Positions 38,901-50,683 of a DNA stretch of 64,000 nucleotides are shown piece by piece; positions within the stretch are counted from its first letter, which is position 1; every line of letters starts with the position of its first letter. The position numbers and the translations under genes were made by a program. Under the pieces are notes generated by a model. It was not told where the DNA came from. It was given only the letters and a program-made list of their open reading frames with translations, and ran no database searches. The stretch is from Auanema rhodensis (Eukaryota; Animalia; Nematoda), in the NCBI GenBank assembly GCA_964057225.1, contig OZ059897.1:14508001-14572000 (forward strand), in the 5' to 3' direction.

Positions 38901-40247
38901 CACTCTAGAAGATGTTCTTCAATTAAATGCGTTCGGACATAATTTGGTCAATCTATTTAAAAAAAAAAGAAAATCACGTGAAATTTTGCATGAATTCGTG
39001 TTAGCCTCACAAAACATGTATTTCAAGACAAGAAAAAAAAAGAAACTTAAAATACTTGTGTGGTCAGTTGAAACATACGTTAATTAAAATATAATTTATA
39101 AATATAAAATCATTTTTCAAGGGATTATAGAATATAAAATAAATATAAAATATTAATCATGGATCAATTAGAAGAAAGAAAATGACCAAGGGTTCATTAA
39201 TTAGAAAAATATCTGTCAAGATTTTCGCACTTTTTTATACGGACAACGCATGTGAAGATCCTGATGAATGCAATCGCAAAATGCAAAGATAAACATATTA
39301 TAAAAAACTGAAAAAGTATAATAAATCAAATTTTATTAGTATGATTATACGTATGATCATAAAAATTAAATTATCATAAATCTTCGGACGAACATCTAAA
39401 GAAAGTGAAGAAGTACGCTAGAAAAGAGCATGAACTAGACGAACGCAAAGATTAGCCGTCGAAGATGAGAATCTTATTGAAAGAATGAGGAACTTCTTTG
39501 CACGATACGAAGACACTCATACCCAAGACCATTGATACAAGCAGCTTGTTCTATTAGACCTTAAAAGAAAATGTGGAAAAACTTGCAATTTTTCGTTTCA
39601 AATTCTTTCTAAAATTAGGAACGCGCAGCTAAATACAATGTTTGAACAGCTAAAGAAAAAAAAAAATTTTTTTAAATAAACGTTGAGCGTCACAACAGTC
39701 AGGTTCAAGGTATACAACGCTATCTTCATATTTCATTGTGGATAGAAATCTTTGTGTCAAATTTAAATTTCTTTGTAAAAGCTCTAATGTTGAAAAAGAA
39801 TATTGCATTCATTGAGCAAAATTTTGAAAAATAGACTTTTTCTGGAGTACTAGCCAAGGACTTTATGAGTTTTGACCTTCACATGACTAAAAGTATAAAA
39901 TGACTGATGATCATATAGGGAAAAATCACAAATTTCACAGGTTGAAGCCAGAGAAAGAAAGTCATATTTCTTTCCTTATATCATACACTTAACGGTGTCA
40001 TAACTGCGAATAAAGTGATAAGAAAAGAGAAAGAGAGAGTTAAAAGAGGGATACTGCAGATATTAGTGAGAGAAAAAGAAATATAAGTAGAAAGAGAAAC
40101 TCTTCTTACATACAAGGAGTGACAAGTATAAAACGTAGGCGGGCAAATGATTTCTTTTCATTTAAGAGATAAAAATTATTTTAGAGTTCCTATCATTTTG
40201 GCAATAGTAGCATACTTTTCTAATAAATTAGTTTATTAAAAATAAAG

Positions 40248-42646
40248 ATGTTTGCACCTCAAGGTAGTACTAGTCTAAGTATTATATTATTCTTTTCTCT
40301 TAGTTTTGTGGTTAATTTTCCGGTGAGTTGATAATTTTATATAATAATAATATTGATTAGCTAATCATTATATATTTGTTTTAGGAAGGATATACTAATA
40401 GTTACCCAAATACAGCTATAGATTCGTTCCGTAACTTCTATAATGAAAGTTTTTCTAAACGAGGAGTAAGTTAATATAGACATAAGTTTATTCATTTAAG
40501 AATATTAATTACGATTTTTAACTATTAATTAACAATATTCTATTCATCATATCAATTATTCTTATCAATGAATAAACAAAACATTAAAATCTTGCAATAA
40601 ACACAAAAAAGTGAATTGTTCTATTAAATATTTCTTCATGAAAAGAAAAAAAACGTGTTAAATATTATCATTTTCCTTTGTTATCAGTTCAAATTATTTT
40701 TTTTACTTTCTAAGGTGGAATTAACGGAATCAAGTTTTTCATGGATATGGTCAGGAACATTAAATATTTGGTTCGTTGGATACTTTCTAGGAGAACTTAT
40801 TACTCCATTTCTAACGGAAAACTATGGAAGAAAAAGTACTCTTAAACTATTATATGATATACATAAAAAAATTTACAGAATCTCTTCTGTTTTCTTCATT
40901 ATTAGCTTTGATTGGAGCTGCTTTAAACATGTTGTCCCCCATTATGGGTATCCCTGAGTTATTCATAGCAGGAAGAGGATTCAGTTCTATATCAAGTGGA
41001 TTGTCTTTTGGAGTTTTAATTTTATTCCTTCAAGTATGAATACATTAATACTATGTAGTAACGTTATTCATGTTATTCAAGGAAGCACCTCCAACCAAGA
41101 TTCGTGGTAGTGTCTCATCATTGAGTGAAACTGCTTTTCTGCTGTCAACGGTAATAGGAATGCTTTGGGGAATGGATATCTTTTTTGGAAAAAATTTACC
41201 AGTTATAACTGGTTAGAGATTACCTATAATTTCATATTACTAGAAATATTATCAGGTATTCCTATGATTCCTGCTATCTTAACTCTAGTGTTGGTTATAC
41301 CTCTAAAGGAAACTCCCAAATATTTAATGCTTCATTGCCATGACGCTGAAAGAGCTAGAGAATCAATTCGCTATTTTCATGGTAGATTACACTTTTACAG
41401 TTTATATAATATTTTTTTAAAGGAAAAACGAATGTCGACAAAGTACTAGAAGCTATTGTACTTGAAGGACAACGCGAAGGTAAGACCCATCAGAGTGGTC
41501 TTCAGCAAGTCTTATCACTTGTACAAGTACCACATGTTCGGCATGCTTTTGTGATCGGAATCTTAACTTTACAGGTTAGATTTTAAATTAATAATTGAAA
41601 AATGTTTGATGAAAAATGAACAAAAAAGACAAGATCCCTCTAAATGTGTTTAAAGTAAATATATTTCAACACAAAAAACGTATAGCCAACTACATCAATC
41701 ATATTTAACTGTTACAATAATTAGTTTGTGTGAAGTTTGAAAATGATAACACGCACTAATCGCATGAAGAAATTACAAAATATAATAATTAATAAATATA
41801 ATATATATGTAAGAATTGTCTCAGCTTGTCGTCAGCTTCTGGCCAATGACGCAACTTTCAACAATGATTCTTGAAAACGTATTATCACCGGAAATGGCTC
41901 AAATAGCTTCGGTATTGTACATCGCGTCTAATTTTTTTACATCACTAGTCGGTATTTGGCTTGTTGAAAGGTATTATTTAAAGGAGAAATGCTATCAAGT
42001 TTGAGTAAAATTTAGAGTAGGAAGAAGACAGCTTGTACTTGTTCTTGGAACAATCAATGTTTTATCTCTAGTCATGTATATAATCTGTGATGTTTTACCT
42101 CAATCTGATTGGTCAAGATATGGTATCATACTTTCTCTTATAATATTTGGAGCATCATGTGGGTATGTAGCAAAGCAAGCCTAAACTGTCTCACCTTCAC
42201 TTCTTAAGATTGGGATTAGGTTCAATTGCATTTTTCTTGCCTTCGGAGCTTGTCTCCCAACGCCGTCGATCTTTAGTACAATCAGCTATTTATTGCATAA
42301 ACACAACTATGAATCTCATTTTTTCTGGAGCAACCTTGCCATTATACGATATAATGGGAGTAAGACCATTTTTTTAATTTTTGATATTGTTGCAATATTC
42401 TTCCAGTCGTATTGTTTCATTCCACTTTTCATCATACCCGGTTCCATGTCGCTTATCTATCTCTACTTCAATCTGCCAGAAACCAAGGGAAGAGAAATTC
42501 ACGATATCGTAAGAGAAATGATGGGTAAAGGTATTTTGAACACTCATTCAATATATTCTAGATTAAACTTTGTTTTAGATGCGGATGAAACATATGATGA
42601 AAAAGAATTAGAAGCATTGAAACAACCTGAAGAAGGTTCAAACTAG
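40248..42646 (+). CDS. MFS sugar-porter (GLUT/SLC2-like) transporter, multi-exon
   Basis: MFAPQGSTSLSIILFFSLSFVVNFPEGYTNSYPN..LTENYGRK..IAGRGFSSISSG..LQEAPPTKIRG..LKETPKYL..VERVGRRQL..SELVSQRRRS..LPETKGREIHDI. GRK/GRR, PETPK-like and PETKG are sugar-porter motifs. Confidence 0.9.
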
Positions 42647-43029
42647 CATAAATATAGGGGTTTATTCATAGCTTATAAATAATTTATCAGAGAGATGTTC
42701 TTAATGTAGTTCTAGCCTGTTCAAAGTTAGTTATTGAATTTCTTAGAAATTTTTTAGAGAATTTGTTCTAAGATAATTTTTCAACGAATTAAATCAATTA
42801 ATTTATTGAGATTTTTTAATCTTTTCGTCTGATCAGTTGAGAACTTTGAGGCAAACAAATAATGATCTTTCTTGAACTTTTAGATAATGAAATATTTAAT
42901 TACAAATTAGGAACCATATTTCCTTTAACAATAATATTTGTATAAACAGATTTACTAGTATAAGAACGTATTAAACGATTTTTTATCAAATTACATATAA
43001 TGACTATAAAACGAATGAAATATTTAAAA

Positions 43030-44541
43030 TTAATGAATTAATTTAAAAGTATAACCAGAATATCCCAAGTGTACAGTGGAAAGATCAAATCCTAAGGAAC
43101 TGAGTGTGTCTCTAAATAGCATATACTGTTCAGCTTTAAATTGGTTTCCAGAGGCTAAACATTCAATATGATAGAAAGGTAACAGATGATCTTCCTGATC
43201 TTGAGAAATAGATATCATCCCATTGTTTCTCATTCTATCAAACACCACAATGTAGTCCTGTGAATATACAGAATGAAAAGATAATAAAACAAGTTTAAAC
43301 CCGGTTCTCAAAAATTTCACTGGCAGGTGCAACTTCTAAATATTTTTTCAAAGTTATCAGAGAGCATCCTAAATTCCTCGACCCAGCGACTGAGAAAAAT
43401 AGAGGTTCTTGTTGATTACATTCAGTAACATTTGGAATATCTTTTCCTTTAAGATGAGCTCTGAAACAACTAGTGAATTGGCTATTTTTCAATACAAAAC
43501 TACTCAATCAGAATAGCTGCTCTGTTTTTATTCAGAGATTTCAGCGATAGACTTTTGACTGCTTTATAGTTAGAATATAGATGGATTATCGTAAAAAACT
43601 GAAATCTATTAATAGACCAAAAGTTCAAACACGAAGTTCTTTTTTTCTTACCAAATAAAGACACCAAACTAAAGTATATTTTCCACTAACTAACGGGAGT
43701 AAAGTAAGTGAGGATATTAGTGCTGCTACATTTACAAGTGTTTCTTGACTTCCATCTTTGGCAGCTACATCAGCTAAATTGTGACGAAGTGCCTTTAAAC
43801 TGATCATTTCCTAAGCACAACAAAAATCATTCACCTGGTGTTGAACAATTGATGTCCTCGTGGCCCCACCCGCAACTCCAACAACACAACGAAACAAACT
43901 TGAAGTACAAGCAAAAGGTAAAAAAAAGTTCGGGAAAGCCGGGCTTAGCAAATCTAAGAAGAATGCAAAATCGTTTAGGATATCAGCGACTAATCTCCAC
44001 TTCTTAGGGTTACAATCCAAATCAGTACCTGAAGAAAAAAGCATATAAACCCATATTTATGATAGGTAGAAACACCTCGAAAATATGTAAAGGCGATTCT
44101 ACCGATCATTCCCAGGCCATCTTTAACCAACCAAGTTAATGCTGTAGCTAAGGCTGAGGCTTTCTTAATTTTGAATTAAAGAAAACATCTTATTATAAGA
44201 ATTCACATCATTTCCAACACCAGCTCCTCTAAGCACAGCCTCGGTAGCTAAAGCTCCTGTTATTGAGCTTGCAAAAGCTTGTAATGTATCCCATTTTTGG
44301 TAATTCAAATAATCATCACTAACACTATGAGGATACCCTGTGAATAGAGTTCATGCCAATTTTATATAAAAATATTACCTTGAGGAAGAAAAACATAAAG
44401 TAAAAACTGATAAAAAGACTTCAATGACCAGTTTGATAGATTCCCAGTTTGCCTAACAACAAAACTCAACTTCCCAGAAGATTTACAAATTTCAACTTTT
44501 CTCTCTATATTGCCATCATACGATTCTACATAATCAGGCAT
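43030..44541 (-). CDS. RUSF1: RUS1 family protein (DUF647; ROOT UVB SENSITIVE / C16orf58-like)
   Basis: VFLPQGYPHSVSDDYLNYQKWDTLQAFASSITGALAT..GVG..LTWLVKDGLGMIGRIAF..LDCNPKKWRLVADILND..VGVAGGATR..HNLADVAAKDGSQETLVN, characteristic of DUF647. Confidence 0.93.
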
Positions 44542-44700
44542 GCTGTATAACAATGTTTATGTTTTCGTTCGAAAAACGTCAAAGAAACATGATTGTGTCG
44601 TCAAAACGATGAAACTATGAGACAAAATGATTCTAGTAGATTTTTCTAGCAATGAGATCATTTACCTACAAAATAATTAAACAACATAAATAACAATAAA

Positions 44701-47351
44701 TTACTTCAATGTAACAGATAATATCTTAATTTCTTGTTTTGGCCGACCACTCTTTTCATATGTTTGAACTTGGTTAATCTTTTGAACAACACTCATGCCA
44801 TCTACGACCTAAAGCAAAATGAAAACCAAAAATTAAAAATATATCAAATAATCCAACCTCTCCGAACAATGTGTTTTTGCCATCTAACCATTCTGCTGGG
44901 CATACAGTTATGAAAAACTGAGAACCGTTCGAATTGGGCCCCGCGTTGGCCATTGAAACCTAACAATTCAAATAATAATCCAATCGATTATTGCTCGTTT
45001 CCCTACCATGAAAGGCTTGTCATGCTTCAACCGTGGATGAAACTCATCTTCGAAATCCGCTCCCCAAATTGAATTACCTCCAGTACCTTTGCCAGTGGGA
45101 TCTCCAGTCTTTAAAACAGATAAGAACTTAACGTAGAATATACACAAACCTGGATCATAAAAGATTTGATAACTCTATGGAATGTTAGCCCGTTGTAATA
45201 TCCTCTCCTTGATAATGTACAGAAATTCTCCACAGTTTTCGAACATTCTCGGCCAAATAATTTCACAACAATATCGCCCATAGAAGTATGAAGAACAGCC
45301 TTCTCTGATAGCATGTTGGATTCTCTTTCTTGCTATAATATATAAGTTGAGAAGCAATGAAACACAATTATTATACTTCAACAGCTGTGATTTGATCTTC
45401 TTTCTTTGGTCTCTCATTAAACACATCTCGAGTCATTCCAGTATCGTCATTATCATCAGTATGATAAGGTTCGCAGTTTGTGAAGATGTAGAATCTGTTT
45501 TTCTTATGAGCACAACAAACCTAAAATATTCTAAGACTTATATTATAGAAAAGAAAAAAAACCATAATCGGATCAGGCTCCGTAATCTTGTTTAATGTTG
45601 GATTTTCTGCAGCTTCAGTTTCAATAGTGGCGGCTGATCCCTGAAGCCGAGCTCGTACATCAGGAACAGCTCTAAATATAAAGCTTAACTTATTATTTTA
45701 TCATTGTATGAGCACCTGCAGAGTGATACACTCATAAACCTCACAGTTTCATCTTTTCCAATTTCCCTCACAACTTTGTCTGTGACTACATTATATACCT
45801 TAATTTAAGAAAATTTGGACCAAAAAAATAAGGCTCATACCTTGATTCCTAAGGGAGAGGGATATAACAAAAAGTTTCCAGAGTGATCCCATGTAATACG
45901 AGCAAACCGAAAAGCGATTTCTACGTCTTTATCCATATCCTTTTCAAGAGCAATTCTGCGATTAAATTCCATATTTTGTAATCCATAATTTCTAAAAAAT
46001 AGAAATTTTATTTGAATTTATTCCAAAATACTTTACTTATTTTCTTTCGATTCAGAAACTAATTTATGCATAGTTTCATCAACTGTATTAGTAATTTTTC
46101 CTGTTTTTAAGTCAAATATACGAAGTTTGCGATCTTGCGATAGAATAGCAAAATTATTTCCGGTAGGGCTCATTGCTATACAGACAGGAGTTGTTTTAAC
46201 CTTAAATAATGCAAAATATTAATTATCAAAAACATTTATTTTTAGCTTTTACTAACCTTGACATATTCATAGAAATCTGTGTCCATTTTGTATTTCCATT
46301 TAATGTTATCAGGGAATGAACACTCTTTTTTGACACCAGACCAGCATTCAATCATTCCTTTATCGTCCACAGAAACAGCAATATCAAGTTGAGTATTATA
46401 CTTAATATACAATATAAATCTCATATTCAAATACTTAAACCTTACCGCCATCATCCGAACGGGAGCAGTATGAAGCTTAGTAATTTCATGTAGAGGTTCA
46501 GAGGTTCCTTTAGCATCTACCATTGTAATATTCCCGTTTTCAGCATTACTAATTGCCAAGTACGGTACAATATCGCCACCTAAAAACAAAAATAATTAAT
46601 TTGCGTTGTGAGAAAACGTATACCATGATGTACCCAACAGACCACTTTAGGAACAAAGTCGAGCTTCAAAATATTAATCATGTCAAAGTTTTCAACATCA
46701 AAGATTTTGACAGATTTGTCTTGCATGCAAGCTGTTGCTAATAAAGTACCGTTGAAATTGACAGCAATGTCAGAAAAAGCATCTGAAATGTAACATATAC
46801 CGACAACTTTATAACAAGAAATAAATTTTTAAAAAACTATTAAAATAAAATAGTTACTATTTAAAAAAAAATGAAAAATATAAGTAAACAAAAAATGTAA
46901 GAAAAACAAGGAACATACGGAGGTGACACCGAAAATGCTTAACGAATTCAATTCCTTCACTATATTTTTTCTTCCAGAATTTCAGATGACCGTCTGTACT
47001 CGCAGTCACAATGAAATCGGTGCTAAATTATGCTAATGTCATAACATTTGAATGGCCTTCCTCACTCTGTTGCTATGACATGCGATATTGTTTCAATATG
47101 CATGAAGGATTTTTCATATTGGGAAGCAGATGGTATAGATCTTAGATATGTAGACTCAAAGGGAAGAATAGGAACTAAACATATTATCGTTATAAATACT
47201 GTAACTCAATATAAATTATACCTTTTTGTTTCTTTGCAGGTTCCTCGTTAGCAACGGTTTCATTATTTACTCTTTTGCCTTCTCGGGAAGATTGTTCAAT
47301 TAGTCTATCAGCTTCAACATTTGGAGTAGGATCCCTGTTTTCTTCTGACAT
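44701..47351 (-). CDS. cyn-15: WD40-repeat plus cyclophilin peptidyl-prolyl isomerase (PPWD1)
   Basis: N-terminal [44 protein letters not shown] (WD40). C-terminal [84 protein letters not shown] (cyclophilin). Confidence 0.95.
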
Positions 47352-47828
47352 GTTCTAAAATGTTGGAAACAATTTATCAATAGAAATATCCTCTGTATAA
47401 ATGCATTGAGAAGAAATGTAGCACTTTTTTCTACTCATACAAGTTAAATTTTAATTTAAAATATAAGGAGATATATGGATTAGTAGAGATATAAGTGAAG
47501 CTTAATTATAAACTTGAATTAATAAAATTATTTATATCAATTCATCTTTGTTTGAATAATTTTAGAAAAAAAATCGAAATCTTGTGTACTGTATTTTTCG
47601 AATTCTTCCATTAAAATTTCAAAAAAAATTACGTATTCGTGAATTTATTCTCGAACACGAAAGGGTCCTGACGCGATTCTCCTTTCATTAATAGACAATG
47701 CTAGTTCTCCTAGATGTTTCTCTTCATAATTGCCTTTCCGAAACGTTTTTGTTATGTATTCTTATGAAAAATATTTTATTTATGTGTTAAAAATATGATA
47801 AATAGTTAAATAAGTAAAACGTATAGGT
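47352..47828. promoter_or_regulatory. Probable bidirectional promoter of cyn-15/PPWD1 and cct-4
   Basis: Divergent ATGs 477 bp apart. Contains two TTCnnGAA units (47636-47643, 47648-47655) resembling degenerate heat-shock elements. Confidence 0.45.
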
Positions 47829-50027
47829 ATGTCAGCAGCAAAAGCGGCACCAAAGGTTGCTTCAGCACCAAAGTCTGCCTCCGGCACTGAATCCGCATTC
47901 AAGGATAAGGACAAGTCAGCCAGTGTTAGAAACAGGTAATTCGTGATAATAATTTCTTAAATACTAATATATTCAGCAACATCGTTGCTGCCAAAGCTGT
48001 AGCTGATGCTGTCCGTACTTCGCTTGGACCTCGTGGTATGGATAAAATGATCCAATCTGGAAATGGAGATGTCACTATCACCAATGATGGAGCCACAATT
48101 CTCAATCAAATGAGTGTAATTCATCCAACAGCTAAAATGGTATCAACAGATTTTCTATTTTTATAATTTCTTTTTTTTTCAGCTTGTTGAGTTGTCCAAA
48201 GCTCAAGATATTGAGGCTGGTGATGGAACCACTACTGTTGTTGTAATGGCTGGTGCTTTATTGAACGCTGCCCAGAATCTCTTAGAGAAAGGTATTGTAA
48301 TAATTATTTAGCGCTTTATAACTTAACTTGTTCAGGAATCCATCCAACTACCATTTCTGATTCCTTCCAAAGCGCTGCTAGTGAAGCTGAAAAGATCTTG
48401 ACTGGAATGAGTTCACCTGTTGATCTTGGCGATGATGAGTTATTGACTAAAATGGCTACTACTTCTCTCAATTCTAAGGTTTTTTTTAAACTTCGTTTAT
48501 TGTTTTTGATTTTTGCTTTCTAGGTTGTGTCTCAACATTCATGGCTTCTTGCTCCAATGGCAGTAAACGCCGTTAAGAAAATTATCGATGTTAGTAAGGA
48601 TACTTCTGTCGATCTCAAGATGATCAAGATTATCAAGAAGATGGGAGATACCGTTGAGGTAACTTGTTAAACAATACCATGTGAACTGTTTTTCGGTTAC
48701 AGGAATCTGAAATGATTGAAGGAGCTCTTATTGATCAGAAGACAATGGGACGAGGTGGTCCAACTCGAGTTGAAAAGGCCAAGATTGGTCTTATCCAATT
48801 CCAACTTAGTCCTCCTAAAACTGATGTATTTGTAAACCAAGTTTTTCTTTATAATATTGTATTTAACAGATGGAAAATCAAGTTATTATTTCTGATTATA
48901 CTCAAATGGATCGTGCCTTGAAAGAGGAGAGAACCTACCTTCTTGACTTATGTAAGCAAATCAAAAAAGCCGGATGTAACGTCCTTCTTATTCAAAAGAG
49001 TATTCTTAGGTTAGTTTAACTAACTGTTTAGGATATTTCTTTTTTTCTTAGGGATGCTGTTAATGAGCTTTCCCTTCATTTCCTCGCTAAGATGAAGATC
49101 ATGGTAATCAAGGATATCGAACGTGAAGATATTGAATTTTACTCTAAGGTATTAATAATTTGAGAATATATATGGCTACAATGGCTAATACAGATTCTTG
49201 GTTGCCGCCCAGTCGCTTCTGTTGATCACTTTGTTCCTGAAGCTTTGGGAACTGCTGATCTTGTTGAGGAGATCCCCACCGGTGGTGATGGTAAAGTCAT
49301 CAAGGTGAGAAAGTTTATTTTGTTTTGATCTAATTATTTCCTTCAGGTTACCGGAGTTCAAGTTCCCGGGCAAGCCGTCTCTATTTTGCTTCGTGGATCC
49401 AACAAGCTTGTCTTGGAAGAGGCTGATAGATCTCTTCATGACGCTCTCTGTGTTATTCGTTGTCTTGTTAAGCGTAGAGCTCTTCTTCCTGGTTATTTTC
49501 AATTAAGAAATCTTAAATTAGCTCACAATTGTTTATAGGTGGTGGTGCTCCTGAAATGGAAATTGCTGTCAAGTTGCGTCAACTTGCTCAAGCCCAGACT
49601 GGAGCCACTCAATATTGCTGGAGAGCTTTTGCTGATGCGTTGGAATTGGTTAGAGTGCTCTTAGATATTGTTACTTACAATTTTTTACAGATTCCATACA
49701 CCTTAGCTGAGAATGCTGGTCTTTCTCCAATTCAAACAGTTACTGAGCTCAGAGCTCAGCATGCCAATGGAAATGTTGATTACGGAGTTAACGTTAGAAA
49801 GGTTCGTGTTTAGTAAGTATGTGCTATATTTTATATTTGTATTGTAGGGATATGTCACCGACATCCGTGAAGAAAATGTACTTCAACCTCTCTTGGTTAC
49901 ACTTTCTGCTATCAAGCAGGCCTCTGAGACTGTTCGCTCCATTTTGAAGATCGATGACATCGTGAGTTTCATGCTCTATATATATGAGTTTAATTTTTCT
50001 TGTTTTCAGGTCATGGCAGTTCGCTAA
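47829..50027 (+). CDS. cct-4: T-complex protein 1 subunit delta (CCT4 chaperonin)
   Basis: [122 protein letters not shown]. Confidence 0.98.
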
Positions 50028-50342
50028 TTTGATCTGTTACCCTATAATTATTAAGTGATTCTCATTTGGTTTGTAGTGTTTTTATGCCTTGCTTTAGCCT
50101 CGCGTTCGTTCAATCTCATCGTTGAGTTGGCTTTTTTTGCTGTTTTCTAAAATTGTTGTCTGTTTTATGTTTGCAGCTTTTGATTTTTGCAAATACATTT
50201 TTAATGCTAGCAGATATAGAAACTATATATTGACAACAAGATTTATATGAGATCGGAAGATTCCTCGTAGGACAAAGTGAGCCGTAGCTAAATCGAAAAA
50301 AAAAGATCTTAAAAGCAATGATCGTATACGAGGTTGTAGTCA

Positions 50343-50683
50343 CTAGTTGAAACTGCCACCGGCGAGTCTACGATATGTGGAAACATCGTGCTTGATTACA
50401 CAGTTAATAGGACTGAAAAAGTTGTTAGATATCAAAAGAATAATATATGAAAAATACTAATACGAACAATACTCACCTGAAAAAGCAGTTACGGCTTCCG
50501 GCAGGTGATCGTAGTTGTCTTGATTTTTTGAGTAAAGGATAATCTTCTTCAAATCCACGTAAATAAGCTCTAAAAATATCATAAAATATTTGAATATTTT
50601 CTTTTTTCTTACCCGCTGGAGACTGTGAGGAGAAGACATAACAGGAAGAGCTTCATGAACAAAGAAGCAAAGTTACTTTGCAT
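50343..50683 (-). CDS. Small secreted neuropeptide-like precursor, allatostatin-C/somatostatin-like (77 aa, 3 exons)
   Basis: Exons 50683-50613, 50569-50477 and 50412-50343, with canonical GT-AG introns, give MQSNFASLFMKLFLLCLLLTVSSGAYLRGFEEDYPLLKKSRQLRSPAGSRNCFFSPINCVIKHDVSTYRRLAGGSFN*. It has a signal peptide, basic sites and a C-x6-C loop CFFSPINC. Confidence 0.8.

Noticed and set aside
49185-49502. 105-aa minus-strand ORF
   Set aside because: Antisense to cct-4 exons.
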